The notes below the pieces were generated by a model. That model saw nothing but the letters and a program-made list of their open reading frames with translations, was not told the DNA's origin and ran no database searches. The translations under genes and the position numbers were made by a program. Shown piece by piece: positions 33,942-49,033 of a DNA stretch of 64,000 nucleotides; position 1 is the stretch's first letter, and each line of letters begins with the position of its first letter. The DNA lies in contig JAPMXV010000032.1 of the NCBI GenBank assembly GCA_026936335.1, positions 248,001 to 312,000 on the forward strand, in the 5' to 3' direction. Source of the stretch: Mantamonas sphyraenae STR306 (Eukaryota; Protista; CRuMs).

Positions 33942-35597
33942 TCATCCCTGCACGCGCGTGGCCACGCTCTTGACGCAGGTGCGCACGAGCTCGGCCGTGT
34001 TGCGGCCCCAGAAAGACAGCAGACCCTCGTAGCCTCCAATGTCGTACTCGTTCGGAGTGGCAAAGTAGCCCATGTGGCTCTGCGAGTAACCGGCCAGCAG
34101 CACCTGCGAGAAGCCCATTTCCAGGGTGTCGTTGCGCACCTGCCAGCCCAGTTCAATGAGCGGCTCACCAGGCATGGTCACCATCAGCCAGGGCTCCTGG
34201 TCGGCCTCCGTGTCGAAACGCACCGCAGTGAACCACGGCTTGTCCTCCACGTAGTTTGCCGGCAGATGAGTGTTCAGGTCGCAGCGCATAAACTCGCAGA
34301 ACGTGCAGATGTCCAGCGGGCCGCCATGCGTGCAGTTGTTCAAACGCTCCAGCGTCAGGTTCAGGTTGGTGGGTCCAAAGTCAAACTGCTGCGAGTACAC
34401 CTTGATGCCCAGCGTCGAGCCCATCTTGGCCTCCTCGCGCGTAGCCAACACCTTGGCCGCGATCACGTGCGCACCGGCAAAGTCCGGCTTGTTTGCGCAC
34501 GCTTCGCTTGTCGGGTCAATGTCTCCCGCGTCTGCGTTCACAAACAGCGCCGGTGCAGACGTGCTCTCCTCCACCAGGTCGCACGCACGACCCATGATGT
34601 CCGACGAGAACTGCATGTTGTCGGGTCCATAGCACGTGCCATGCGTGGCAAAGTTCCACAGCGTGGCCAACGGCTTGCCCGTCGATGCGTCGTCCACACG
34701 GATCACTCCCAGATGCGGGTCGATTGTGTCCGTGTTCACGTACGGCGAGATCTTGGCACGTCGGTTGCGCGTCACGTTCACCAGATGGCCCATGGCAATG
34801 CCCAGCTTTCGCAGGGCGCATGTTCTTCTCTGCCGTCACCATCGCCTCGGCCAGCGAGCGTGCCAGCTGCTGCTGCAGCGCAGGCACCAACATGTCCGTG
34901 GCCGGTGCCAGTGCCCACAGAAGCTCAGCAGACACGGCTCCTGGGCCACTGTGCGTGTGCGACGCAGAAAACACGCAGTTTTCACGCGGCACGCTGAATC
35001 CCATGCCCTGAGCAATCTCAAACGCAAGCTCCATCAGACCTCCGTCCGATCCAATGCCGTCCAGCGTTGCAAACGACACCATCTGTCCGCCTGCCTCCAC
35101 CACAAGCGCCTTGACCCAAGTCGGGTTCATCACCCCGGTCGACGGCGTCATAAACGTCGTATACGGCGTCACATGCGGCAGCGGCCAGTCCTTCACACGT
35201 CGTGCGCCGTGGTTGTATCCAGCCAGCGGCGTGCCACTGTGTGCACGTCGTCGTTCGTCCCACACACAAAACGGGCGTGGATTTTTGGTCCAAAAAATCG
35301 CCCCCGCGCAACGCGTTTCCGCAAGCCCCACTCGTCCCTGTGTCAGTTTTCCATCCTCACGCTGCGCACGCTTCCTTTCTCATCGACGTTTCCCTCCGTC
35401 ACGCGCCCATGCGGCGTCCTCCCTGTCGCTGGTGACACGTACACGGGCAGAGTTCCGTCCACCTTGGCCGAACCGGCCATGATGCCTGCGCCCTCCTCCT
35501 GACGCAGGTGGTCCGTCAGGTGTTGGTACGCTGTGCGTCGAGCCGCCACAGCGTCCACCGCAATCAAAAGCAGCATTGCAAACACGACAGCGCGCAT
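33942..35597 (-). CDS. Neutral/alkaline non-lysosomal ceramidase family protein, secreted
   Basis: Signal peptide MRAVVFAMLLLIAV; intron 35442-35237; PLAGY, SASHTHSGPG, NFATHGT, GDIDP, PGEP, YDIGGYE. +1 frameshift at 34807-34809 restores RPAKLG. Confidence 0.85.
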
Positions 35598-35799
35598 GAT
35601 GTCGAGTTGAGAGTCGTGAAAAGGTTGGCGTGGCACCCGATGTGATCCCCATGTTCGCAACACACAACCCATTGCACACACGACACGGAAGGATGAATGA
35701 GCACGGATAATGGTGGTGCTTCCGATCAGCTCTGCTTTGTGTGTGGATGCTGCTCAGGATGCGCAGCGCGGGCACACCCATCTCGACTACACACACAGA

Positions 35800-37569
35800 A
35801 TGACCACCACCGAGACTCAGGGACAAAGCACATTGAAGGAGACTGACGATGAGGTGTACCAGCTCATCGAGAAGGAGAAGCACCGCCAATGGCGTGGCCT
35901 CGAGCTGATCGCTTCCGAGGTACGTTGTTTCACCGTTCCTGCCGCCACAGAGCATGCATAGACGCCGTGTGACGGCCTACCCCGCTCGGTTCCCCACCCT
36001 GTATGGCAATGCGCAGCTCGCGATCTGCCCTGCTCCGCCCACACGCGTGCTTTCGAACTCACCTGTCGAGAAATATCTTCGTCCGCGCACGCACAGAATT
36101 TCACCTCCAAGGCTGTTCTCCAGGCCATCGGCTCGGCCTTCACCAACAAGTATTCCGAGGGTTTGCCCGGCGCTCGGTAAGTGGGGCTCGTTTGCGTTTG
36201 TTCCATCAGCCGTGCACTGGCAGCAGGCGTCGCACGGCGCTGTGACGTGCGTCGCCGTGACGTCTCCTCCGACGTCGGCGCTCCCGTCCGGCTTTTCTCC
36301 CCGGCGGCCGTTTCTGCACGAGCCAACGGACATGCTGACACGGCAGGCACACCTACGTACAGCTACTACGGCGGCAACGAGTGGGTCGACGAGCTGGAAC
36401 TGCTGACGCAGAAGCGTGCGCTGGAGGCGTACGGCCTGGATGACGAGGAATGGGGTGTGAATGTTCAGCCGTACTCAGGCAGCACCGCCAATTTTGCGGC
36501 TTTGACGGCCATGCTGCAGCCACACGACCGTCTCATGGGCTTGGACCTGCCTTCGGGAGGACACCTGACCCATGGCTACCAGACCAAGACAAAGAAGATC
36601 AGCGCGACGAGCATCTACTTTGAGAGCATGCCGTACCAGGTCAACGACACGGGCTACGTGGACTACGATCGCCTGGAGGAACACGCAGCTCTGTTCCGCC
36701 CCAAGTGTCTTGTGGCCGGTGCGTCGGCATACCCGCGCGAGTGGGACTACGCACGGATGCGTGAGATTGCCGACCAGCACAACGCCTACCTGTGGACAGA
36801 CATGGCACACATCAGCGGTCTGGTGGCCGCCGGTGAGGCCGAGTCGCCGTTTGAGCACTCGGATGTGGTGACCACCACCACACACAAGAGCTTGAGGGGA
36901 CCTCGCTCGGGTCTCATCTTCTACCGCAAGTCGGCACGCCCCAAGCTCGGCCTGGAGGCAGGCGACCTGGAGAAGAAGGTCAACTTTGCCGTGTTCCCCT
37001 CTTGCCAGGGTGGACCCCACAACCACACCATTGCAGGCGTGGCCGTGGCTCTGAAGGAGGCCAACACCGACGAGTTCAAGACGTATGTCAGGCAGCTCAA
37101 GGCCAACTGCAAGGCCCTGGCCGAGGCACTCACCGACGCAGGATACACTCTGGTCACCGGCGGCACGGACAACCATCTGGTGCTGTGGGATCTGCGCCCG
37201 CAACAGTTCAGCGGCTCCAAAATGGAAAAGGTGTGCGAGCTGGTGCACATCACTCTCAACAAGAACAGCGTGCACGGCGACACGAGTGCATTCAACCCGG
37301 GAGGCGTGCGCATCGGCACCCCTGCCCTGACCTCGCGTGGTATGGACGAGAAGGACATGAAGACTGTGGTCGGCTTCCTTGTGCGGGCCCTGGAGATCGG
37401 TCTGGCCGTGCAGGAAAAGGTGGGCAAGAAGCTTGTGGACTTTGTGCCTGCTCTGGAGGATAACTCGGATGTCCGAGCCCTCTCCAAGGAGGTCCAGCAG
37501 TTTGCCAGCAAGTTCCCCATGCCTGGCTGGACCCTGGACGAGCAGGATCTGCAGGACAAGAGCTCCTGA
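35800..37569 (+). CDS. SHMT: Serine hydroxymethyltransferase (probably cytosolic)
   Basis: Introns 35920-36096 and 36177-36362. [48 protein letters not shown]. Confidence 0.97.
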
Positions 37570-37692
37570 TACGGTGGGATACAGACACACACACACATTG
37601 AATGGAGACACAGTTGCCATTTTTTGGGGCGGGGGTTGCACACATCCTTGTGCGTCGGTTGCGATGCCCTGGCGGGGCCAAAACACTTCTTC

Positions 37693-40510
<2,818 letters not shown>

Positions 40511-40669
40511 AGGAATGTAGACGTACGTTTGCTGTGACAATCTGGGCTGGGTGGGTGCGTAGAGGAGTAGTCACGAGAAAGTTTGCTGAGCTTGGTCGCG
40601 GTGACACCAAGAAACAAAGCCAACCTTGTTTCATATTGGTCAAAATCACTCATAGTCTCAGATCACGCG

Positions 40670-40741
40670 GGGCGCGTGGTACAGTGGTAGCACGGACCCT
40701 TAGCATGGGTCAGGTCCGGGGTTCGATTCCCTGCGCGTCCA
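40670..40741 (+). tRNA. tRNA-Ala(AGC), identical to the copy at 33758-33829
   Basis: Same 72-nt sequence; G3:U70; AGC anticodon. Confidence 0.97.
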
Positions 40742-40743
40742 GA

Positions 40744-40752
40744 TTTTTTTTT
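40744..40752 (+). terminator. RNA polymerase III terminator (T9)
   Basis: Oligo-T run 2 nt after the tRNA 3' end. Confidence 0.85.
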
Positions 40753-40868
40753 GCATTTTTTTTCTCCGTCCACCACTCCCCCTCCATCTCACACAATCCA
40801 ATCTTCCACTTCCTCTTCCACTTCTTCAACGCCCCGCAAGTTGGAGTTCTCTGCAGCGCTCGAACAGA

Positions 40869-42881
40869 ATGGGCGTGAAGACACTTTCCAGCTTTGCCGA
40901 CCGGAAGTTTGTGGGAAAGAAGTGCAATCCACGCACAGGGGGAATCCGAGGCTCGTCCAATTGTGTGGACACCCTCATCATCGATGGTGACGGCTTCCAG
41001 TATTTCCTGCACGAGCGCTCAAAGCTGGATTGGCGACACGGCGGCGAGTACCCTGACTTTTATGCGTATGCACGTGAGTTTCTGACCAACATGGTGAACA
41101 GCACAAAGTTGGATGTAGTGGTGGTGTTTGATGGGGGCCTCAGTGCCCTCAAGGTGGACACGTACAAGCGGCGTTCCGAGAGGAAGGCCGAAAAGGCCAA
41201 AGAACTGGTGAAGATGGCCAGGCGGTGCGATTTTATCATGCCTGTGTTGATGAAAGATGTTCTTATTGATGTTTGCCGCGGTGTGGAGCGTCTCCAGGTC
41301 TATCTGTGTGCACAGGAGGCCGACGGCGAGCTGGCAGCCCTGGCACGCAAACGCAACGCCTGGGTCATGGCAGACGACTCGGACTTTTTCATCTACGACA
41401 CTCCAGGATACATCAAAACAAGCAGCGAGCTGTTCGAGGGGGCGACCAACGGCATTGCAAATGGAACCCTGACCAGTACGGCGACCGTGAACCTGCGAGA
41501 GGACATCGCACGTTGGCTCAAGCTGCCCGAAGACCTGTTGCCTGTGTATGCCACTCTGTGCGGCAATGACTACGTGTCCGACGACACTCTCATGATGTGG
41601 CACTCCAAATGCAGGCGGAGCAACAGGCACTCGAGCCGCGGGCGTGGCGGCGGACGTCGACAAGCTCGTGCCAAAAAGGGTGGCGAGGACGAAGTCGCCT
41701 GCGAGGTCCACAACTACATTGCCTCGGAGTGGAAGAACTTTGAACGCACGGGAGCAGGATGGGACGCCTTCCAAGAGGAGCTGCTGCTGAAGGTTGACGA
41801 GGTAGTGACCGACACCGACACGGCCCAACTGATCAAGGCCATACGCGACAGCATCCAAGAGTACACACGCGACGACTATGAGCTGAACGAAGAGGCAGGC
41901 GGGTGTGAGCAGGTATGGATTGCACGTGGCGACGCCGCACGCTGTGTCCACACTGCAGACACACTCACCACGCTGTACCCGCCCACTGTCCTCGAAGCAC
42001 CCCACGACGCCCACATTGACTCGTGGCAAGAGCTCATACGACCCATGTGTCTCGCGTTGCTGACACATTTGAAGAAGGAGACGATCGACATTGTTCGCAT
42101 CAATCCCAAAACCTGCAAGGTCGTGGAGGAAACCCTGCATAGCCACGAGGTAGATACAGGCGCCACCATTGACATTCTTCCCCAGGATCCCAATGAGACC
42201 CCACTGGTGGCCTTTCTGCGACATTTGTGGACGACTGGCGTCATTGACAACGACACAGTGCGTGCTGCCGTGGTGGGATCCATGCGTACAGAACTCAACT
42301 GTGCCCGATGGGATCCCTTTGAAGTGGATCCTATCCTCATCAATCTCCAGGCGTATCTTCATCACATGTGGATCTGGCAGTGTTGCATCGACGCCGTCTG
42401 CGGGCGCGACCTCTGGCCCAAGCAGTTCTGGCAGCAATACTCTGGAGTGGCATGGAGCAAGGCCTCCAAGCTGGCGTCCAAAGGGGTTACGGACGATGAG
42501 CGCCTTGTTCTGCAGTCCATCTGTGGAGACGCCGTCATGTGGGAGCAGTGGGTCGACGAACCCCAACCCCAACCCGAGAACGAATCTGAGCAACAGGAAA
42601 CAACTGCTGGCCCATCTGGCGCCGTCGTCAACACCCTCTCTGACGATGGATCACACACTGACACAGGCGACAGCGACGACGGTGTCTCCACCGACGACGA
42701 CGACGACGACGACGACGGATTCACAATTGCCGTCTCCAACAGCAAACGACGACGACGCACAAGGACAACACAGCAGAAAGCAAATGTCAACAACAGCAAA
42801 CCCCAGGAATCATCTTCATCTTCATCGTTCTCCTCTTCCTCGTCTACCAACCCATTCCAAGCGCTGATGATGGATTCATGA
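40869..42881 (+). CDS. Asteroid/ASTE1-like XPG/FEN1-type PIN nuclease, paralog A
   Basis: MGV start; IIDG, HGGEY, VFDGG, EAD, DDSDF, LCGNDY. Intronless. Confidence 0.88.
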   Translation: MGVKTLSSFADRKFVGKKCNPRTGGIRGSSNCVDTLIIDGDGFQYFLHERSKLDWRHGGEYPDFYAYAREFLTNMVNSTKLDVVVVFDGGLSALKVDTYKRRSERKAEKAKELVKMARRCDFIMPVLMKDVLIDVCRGVERLQVYLCAQEADGELAALARKRNAWVMADDSDFFIYDTPGYIKTSSELFEGATNGIANGTLTSTATVNLREDIARWLKLPEDLLPVYATLCGNDYVSDDTLMMWHSKCRRSNRHSSRGRGGGRRQARAKKGGEDEVACEVHNYIASEWKNFERTGAGWDAFQEELLLKVDEVVTDTDTAQLIKAIRDSIQEYTRDDYELNEEAGGCEQVWIARGDAARCVHTADTLTTLYPPTVLEAPHDAHIDSWQELIRPMCLALLTHLKKETIDIVRINPKTCKVVEETLHSHEVDTGATIDILPQDPNETPLVAFLRHLWTTGVIDNDTVRAAVVGSMRTELNCARWDPFEVDPILINLQAYLHHMWIWQCCIDAVCGRDLWPKQFWQQYSGVAWSKASKLASKGVTDDERLVLQSICGDAVMWEQWVDEPQPQPENESEQQETTAGPSGAVVNTLSDDGSHTDTGDSDDGVSTDDDDDDDDGFTIAVSNSKRRRRTRTTQQKANVNNSKPQESSSSSSFSSSSSTNPFQALMMDS

Positions 42882-42895
42882 TGCATGGACGACCA

Positions 42896-44566
42896 TCACT
42901 CGGAGATCAACTCAAGCAGCTGCTCCCAGAGGGAGATGGCATCCTGATCGAGAGCACTCTGGTCCATCTCCTGGAGAACCTGTGCCAACTGGCTGTCCTT
43001 TTCGGCCTGGAGAAAGGCCGACGTTTTGCAATACACACGCAGACCGCCATGATCATCACCTTCTGGTTCGTTTCCGTCTGGTTGCTCGCCAATTCGCCCA
43101 CGTAGTAATCAACCGCAACACGTGCTGCGTTGGCACTCAGTGCTCCCAGCTTGCTCAGCGTCAACGAGGCCGCACTCTGCACAAACGGGAAGGAGGAGAT
43201 GCACAAGCGAGCCAGCGAAGGCACAATGGCCATTGAATCCACCAGGGCCTCCACGTGCTCGTCTGTGTCTGCGCAATTGGCCGCATAGCCACACAGAAGA
43301 CGCATGGTCTGTGGATCCGTCGTGCTCTCAAACATGGCCATGATCATGGCCACCAGGCCACACTCAAACGCAGCCGCCGTGTTCTCCTTGGATCGGCTCA
43401 GGTTGGCAGCCAACAGGACCACAGCACGTGTGTACTCGGCCTGGCTGGGTTCAGCAAGCATGGCCATACACTGCATCATCATCCCCTGACCGTTCAGACG
43501 TGCGGCCACACTGTCGTCCATGGCAAGGAGGGCCAATCCGTGAAGACTGCTGGTGGCCGTGGCAGGCTGGTCCAGAAGGGCACTGTGAGTGAGAAGGACG
43601 TCGACCACGCCCGCCTCCGCCAGCTTGCTCTGGTAGGTTTCAAACGTGCACAGCTGACGCAGCAACTTGATGATGGAATCCACCTCATCTTGGTCCTCTT
43701 GCACACCTGCCCACATCACGGCTGCATCCAACAGGCCGTGGTGGATGATTCGCGCCTGGAACGCAAGGTGGTTCCGTGCCAACGCTTCCACACCGTCAAA
43801 CAAGTATTGCCGCACCGTGCTGTCCATGCACTCGTTCAGTGCCTGCAGCACCGTCTTTTCCAACAACAGAGCCTCTTCCGTCAACTGTCGCCCCTCGTTG
43901 GCCGCGTTCACCTCGGCGTTCTTTGAATTCTTGTTCTTAGCCTCTTCGGCCTGCAGCGTTTCAAGCTCCTCGGGCGTCACCTCGCTCACTTCCAGCCCGC
44001 CGGGGCCCGTCTCGCTACTTTCCACAGGCTCCAGCAGGGATTCCGCCACTGCTGGCGAGTCCAGGATGTAGCCCAGGGCCATGGAGGCGTAGAGGACGGT
44101 TTCGTTGTCACGCAGCGTTTCCAGCAGCGCGGGAAGGACACCCGTCTGCACCACGCTCAGACGCATCTCGTCACTGTCACTCGTCAGGTTGGCAATACAT
44201 CCGGCCGTCTTGAGACGCAGCGACGTGTTGGATGACGTCAGCAGCGGCGTCATGTGCTTCAGGATTCCCGAGAGTGTGAACTGCCGTGTGTTGCCAGCTT
44301 TTTGGCAAATCCACAAACCACCCGGCCACGTGTCCCACAGGCACCCAGGCATTGTCCCATCCAATGTCAGTGTTCCCTGCTCATGTGCCCATCCTCCCAT
44401 CTGCTTCGTTGCCCTCGGTTCACTTACGACAGTACATAGACAGGTTTCCGACGGCTCGAACACCCTGCACTTGAGTCTCGCTCTCACTTGCAGTCAGCAC
44501 TTTGACCAGGTCCCCCACCAAGGGGCTAACCTCAGCATCTTGTTGTTCCAGAACGGGCACTGACGA

Positions 44567-44602
<36 letters not shown>

Positions 44603-44779
44603 AGAGGAGGATGACGACGACGACTCTTCCTTCTCCTCAAGAAGCATAAACAAAGGACGCAGTTCCTCGTTGAGTCCAGCTGTGTTGGCAATGGATTCGG
44701 CGGCACTTGCCATGGCTGCCTCGTCGTGGCTGGCGACGGCTTCGGAAAGAGCGTTAAGGAGTCCCTTGACGGAGTCCAT
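42896..44779 (-). CDS. Armadillo-repeat protein
   Basis: Intron 44427-44298 (GTAAGT...AAG). ARM-type segments VRAVGNLS, AGCIANLT, GVLPALL, LAANLS. A -1 frameshift at the T-run 43024-43027 gives a helical C-terminus ending at 42896. Confidence 0.75.
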
Positions 44780-44853
44780 CGTGCTGGTTGTTGTGCAGTG
44801 GTTGGGATGCCCTGGCGCACGCAACATACACACGCACACTCATACACACGGCT

Positions 44854-47800
44854 ATGTCCTCGTCGTCTCCATTGGGCTCTTTAGTACAGCCGCCGGATCT
44901 GGAGACGATTGCACGACAGCAGTTGGCCATGTGGACAGAGGTGGTGGCGCGGTTTGATGCCAATGCAGACGCACAGCACGACCGCAGCGACACGCATGAC
45001 CTCGACTGTGTCACATCGTCGTCATCTGGGGAGGCTGAAGACACGTTGGCACACGAAAAATCGGATGGTGGAGGCGTGGTTGACACACCTGCCGTGGACA
45101 ATCCTGGTCACAAGGCACAGCCCACCCTCAGCTCGGGCACTCGATTGGCAAGACTCCACAAAGCACTCAAACGAGAGCATCTGGACGAAAGCGCATGTAG
45201 GTTGCACTGTGCAGGTCTGGGGCGACCGGGAACAGCCCCCCCGTGGGATGTTTTCATCGGAACCAAACTCGCTCACCCTCCGCCACCCCACCGCCAGACA
45301 CTCGTGCTTCCCAGCAGCGCAACGACGCCATGTACGAGCTCCAGCGCCAGTATAAAGACTTTAAGAACCTGCAGCGCTACCGCAACATGATGGCTGACAA
45401 CAAGATGTCCATTCAGGAGCTCCAGCTGCTACAGCGGAGACTTGGGCGGTCCTTTGTCTCGCCCGCGTTCGGCTATGCCACAGAGGTGTGTTGCACGTGC
45501 TGCTTGTGTGTCCGACACAACAGAGATGGAGATGGGGGCGGGGGGGGGGGGGGGGCAAGTGTCAAGGGGAGGGTGTGTATCAGAGTAGATGGGAGGCTGA
45601 CACACACACACGGGGGACACAAAGACGGCCTTCCGGAAATTGGTTCACTGCCTCAAACGCAATCCGCAGACGTGTGCCACTCTGGTGTACGAAAGCACAC
45701 ACAATAGCGACGCACCACTGGACGAGAGCGAGGTGGAAATGTTACTCGACGGGTGTGTGCACGGCCTGTTTGGCAACGCCTACTTCCATCCTTCCCAGGA
45801 TCTGCAGCTGCTGCGCTTCATCACTCACTATGTACAGCTGTGTGTGGACAAGTGCCAGGTGCTGCCCAAGATCCTCAGTGAGGACCTGATGCTGACGTCG
45901 CTGCTGAATAGGTATGTGCGCAGCAACCTGGGCCTTTTCTACGTGCGTGCCGTGTTGCGCAAACCCATCCTGCAGGTGTTGGGAAAGTATAATCTCTCCC
46001 TGGAAGTAGATGCCAAGCGATTGCTTGAATCCATGGACGATGCCCAACGCTCGAGTCTGGGCCTTGGCACCACGGTGCCGAACGAGGCTGCGAAACATCC
46101 CGCCGTCCAACAGCTGCTTCAGAAACACGCAGATGCTCTCTTGCACTGGAGTGACTCGTTTCTGCAGTGTATTGTGTCCAGCGTGCATATGGTACCCTAT
46201 GGTATCCGGTACCTGGCACGAAGGCTGACGGAGCACACGCGCAGCCGAGGACGCACAGCAGGCGCCTCGGATGTCCACATGCGCATGATCCTGGCCGATT
46301 TCATCTTTGTGCAGTTGCTCAATTCGGCTATTGTCCTGCCCGAGGCAAACGGCATCGAAACTCACCAGCTCGTCGACGCCTCGTGCAGGAGGAACCTCCT
46401 TCTCATTGCCACCGTACTGCACAAACTCGCAACTGGCAAGCTGTTTGGAGGCAACCAGGCCTCTGCTCACATGGCCGACCTCAACGATTTCATCGAACGC
46501 AACGGACCCGTCATCACGGAATACTTTGAGGAGGTGCGTGTTTGCAGCGTTGGTGTTTTGTCGCGTTTGTGTGAACTGAGACGCTAACCCATCCCCCTCG
46601 CTCACCCGATCTCCAACATACTCTCTCTCTCTCTCTCTCACAGTTGATTGACGTCCCTGACCTGGAAGAATACCTGACCGAAGCCGAGACGGGACAGCTG
46701 GAGGCTGTGTCGCTTCTGCAAGATGGCGACGTCGCCCTGTCGTGGAACGACGATGTGGTGGAACGCTACCTGCCTGTAGTGGTTCCTCAGAACACACTCG
46801 TGCTGCTCAGCAAGCTGTGCGAGGAGTATGTGGAGAGCCGTGACGTGGAATCGGAAGGATTGCCACGCACCCTGCATCGCATCCTTCAATCCATGGAAGG
46901 GTCACTGGAGTATGCCCAACTGGACGAGGAAGACCTTGTGGTGCTGCCCCGTCCAGACACATTGGAGGTAGAACTGCGTGGCGAACCATCTGCCTCATCG
47001 GAAGGTGACGAGACACCGTTGACACCGACACGGCAACGCAAAGCCAACCTGCTGCTGGACGTCAGCCACAAATTGACCACTGTGATGAAGTCGCTGGGGT
47101 TCACCAGTGGCTACCGTGGCTCCGATCTGATGCATGTATTGGAACGGGAGCGAGCGGAGGCGCAAACATGCGAAAACCACACGCTGTCGGCGCAGCTGTA
47201 CGAAACCATCTACTGCATCAAAGAACTGGATGCAGACATGCTGGGTGAGGACTATGCACGCTTGTTGGACGTGTTGGAAAACGAGGTGTTGCAGCGCAGG
47301 GAGGCACGCGAGGCAAAGGCGTCGCACCAGCGTGTCGTCAGCGAGTACCTGGAGTTGCATGCCCTAATTCGCACCGTGCGACATCGACGCACTCGTGTCC
47401 TCAAGGACATGACCAACATCAAGTTCATGTCGTATGTGGAGCGGCAACGCGAGATGTTTGACACCTTCTTCGCTTCCTTTTTCCTGCGCTACGGCGACCC
47501 GCTGGACATGGATCTGAGCCAACTCACAAGCGCACTACAAATGTATGGTCATGCCAAGAACTGTGGCTATGGCCCCGCCAGGCTGGACGACGACCAATTC
47601 CTGTGTCCGGCTTGCATGACGCTGTACGACACCAAACGCACCTTTGTGGGCGGCTTTCTGCAACGCGTCAGCTCAGCACTCAAGTCGGACATCCTGTGGC
47701 GCATGGCTCCTGAGGAGGAGCTGGCTGTGGCTGGGCTTACCCTGCGTATGTTTGTCAGCGTCAACTTGTACCGCAGCCTGTTCCTGTACTGCCGCAGCGC

Positions 47801-48965
47801 AGAGGACGCCTTTTTCCGCCACGTGGAGAGCCTGCAGCACAGCACACTGGACTACGCCCAGTTCTACGGGTACGTGTCATCATCAGGGGGGGGCGGTGCA
47901 TCGTCGCGTCGCGGGTCCACAAACGGCGGCAGCCACGACGAGACGCAGCAGTGGCACGAAGAGACGCTGCTGCTGGCCATTGAGGCATTGCTACAGATCA
48001 ATGACGTGATGGCGGCGACGGACAAGCTGGAGTGCATCCTGCGGTGTCGCAAGGTGATCTGGGACACGTTGGGGCTCACGGGGATGCCCAGTGCAGACGA
48101 CTACATCCCCATGTTGTGCTACGTGGTGCTCAAGGCCAACCCGTCGTTGTTGTTGAGCAACGTGCAGTACATCCGCACCTTTTCCGACGTCATGAGCACA
48201 GAGTACGAAAAGGCCTTTCTGGACTTTTGTGTCGCCGTCAAGTGTGTGGCCGTGTTGGAACCCAAACCCAAGCACAAGGGCACACGCATGCGCTCGAAAA
48301 CCGCAGAGAGCAGACGGGCCATGTTGGGTTTGCGAGCCAGTGTCCACCAACGCGTGCACAGCGAAGGCACATCGTCGTCGTCGTCGTCGTCATCCACCAC
48401 CAACACCACCTCCTCCTCTGGCCTGGATGGACACGGGGGTGGCGGTGCACAGAGTGGGTTGGGTGGTGGCGATGGGATGGCACAGGGGGGTTTGGGATTG
48501 GCGGGACGGCATGCGGGCGGTGCGTCGACGGGGGACGTGTCCGATGCGCTGCTGTTCAGCAGTGGGAAGCGGTTGATTGAGACAGGCTTTGACACTGATG
48601 TCCAAGCGATCATGAAGAGTATGGTGGAGGAGCAGGGACACGAGGCGCGCAATGTGCAGGCGGCAGTGAGCGTGTACGGGTCAAACGTGGAGGAGGTGTC
48701 GCTGTTTCTGGACAACCTGCGTGAGTTGATGGGCATGGGATTCACACGCGAACAAAGCATCGACGGCCTCATGGTCAGCGAGAACGACAAGCAACGTGCC
48801 ATTTGGTTCTGTCTGCGCAAGGATCGCCCACAGAGTGGAGACACAGACGCCACACCCGCCGCCTCCGGATCAACAACAGGCTCGCCTGCCTTGACGCCGT
48901 CGTCATCGACTGGCGAACGCTCCGATGATTCGCCGCCGGGGTTGTCGGGAGGAGATGAATTGTAG
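44854..48965 (+). CDS. GAPVD1/RME-6-like RasGAP-VPS9 protein with C-terminal UBA-like repeats
   Basis: Introns 45197-45297, 45486-45624 and 46534-46643. RasGAP VPYGIRY, AIVLPE, RRNL; VPS9 DKLECI, SADDYIP, KANP..L.SN.QYI; UBA-like LMGMGF...ENDKQRAI. Confidence 0.82.
46621..46639 (+). repeat. (CT)n microsatellite serving as an intron polypyrimidine tract
   Basis: Lies immediately before the CAG acceptor at 46643. Confidence 0.9.
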
Positions 48966-49033
48966 GGGGGGGGGAATGCACTGTGCAATGCAACGATTTC
49001 CATCCAACACTAAAGACCAACCAAGAAGAAACC

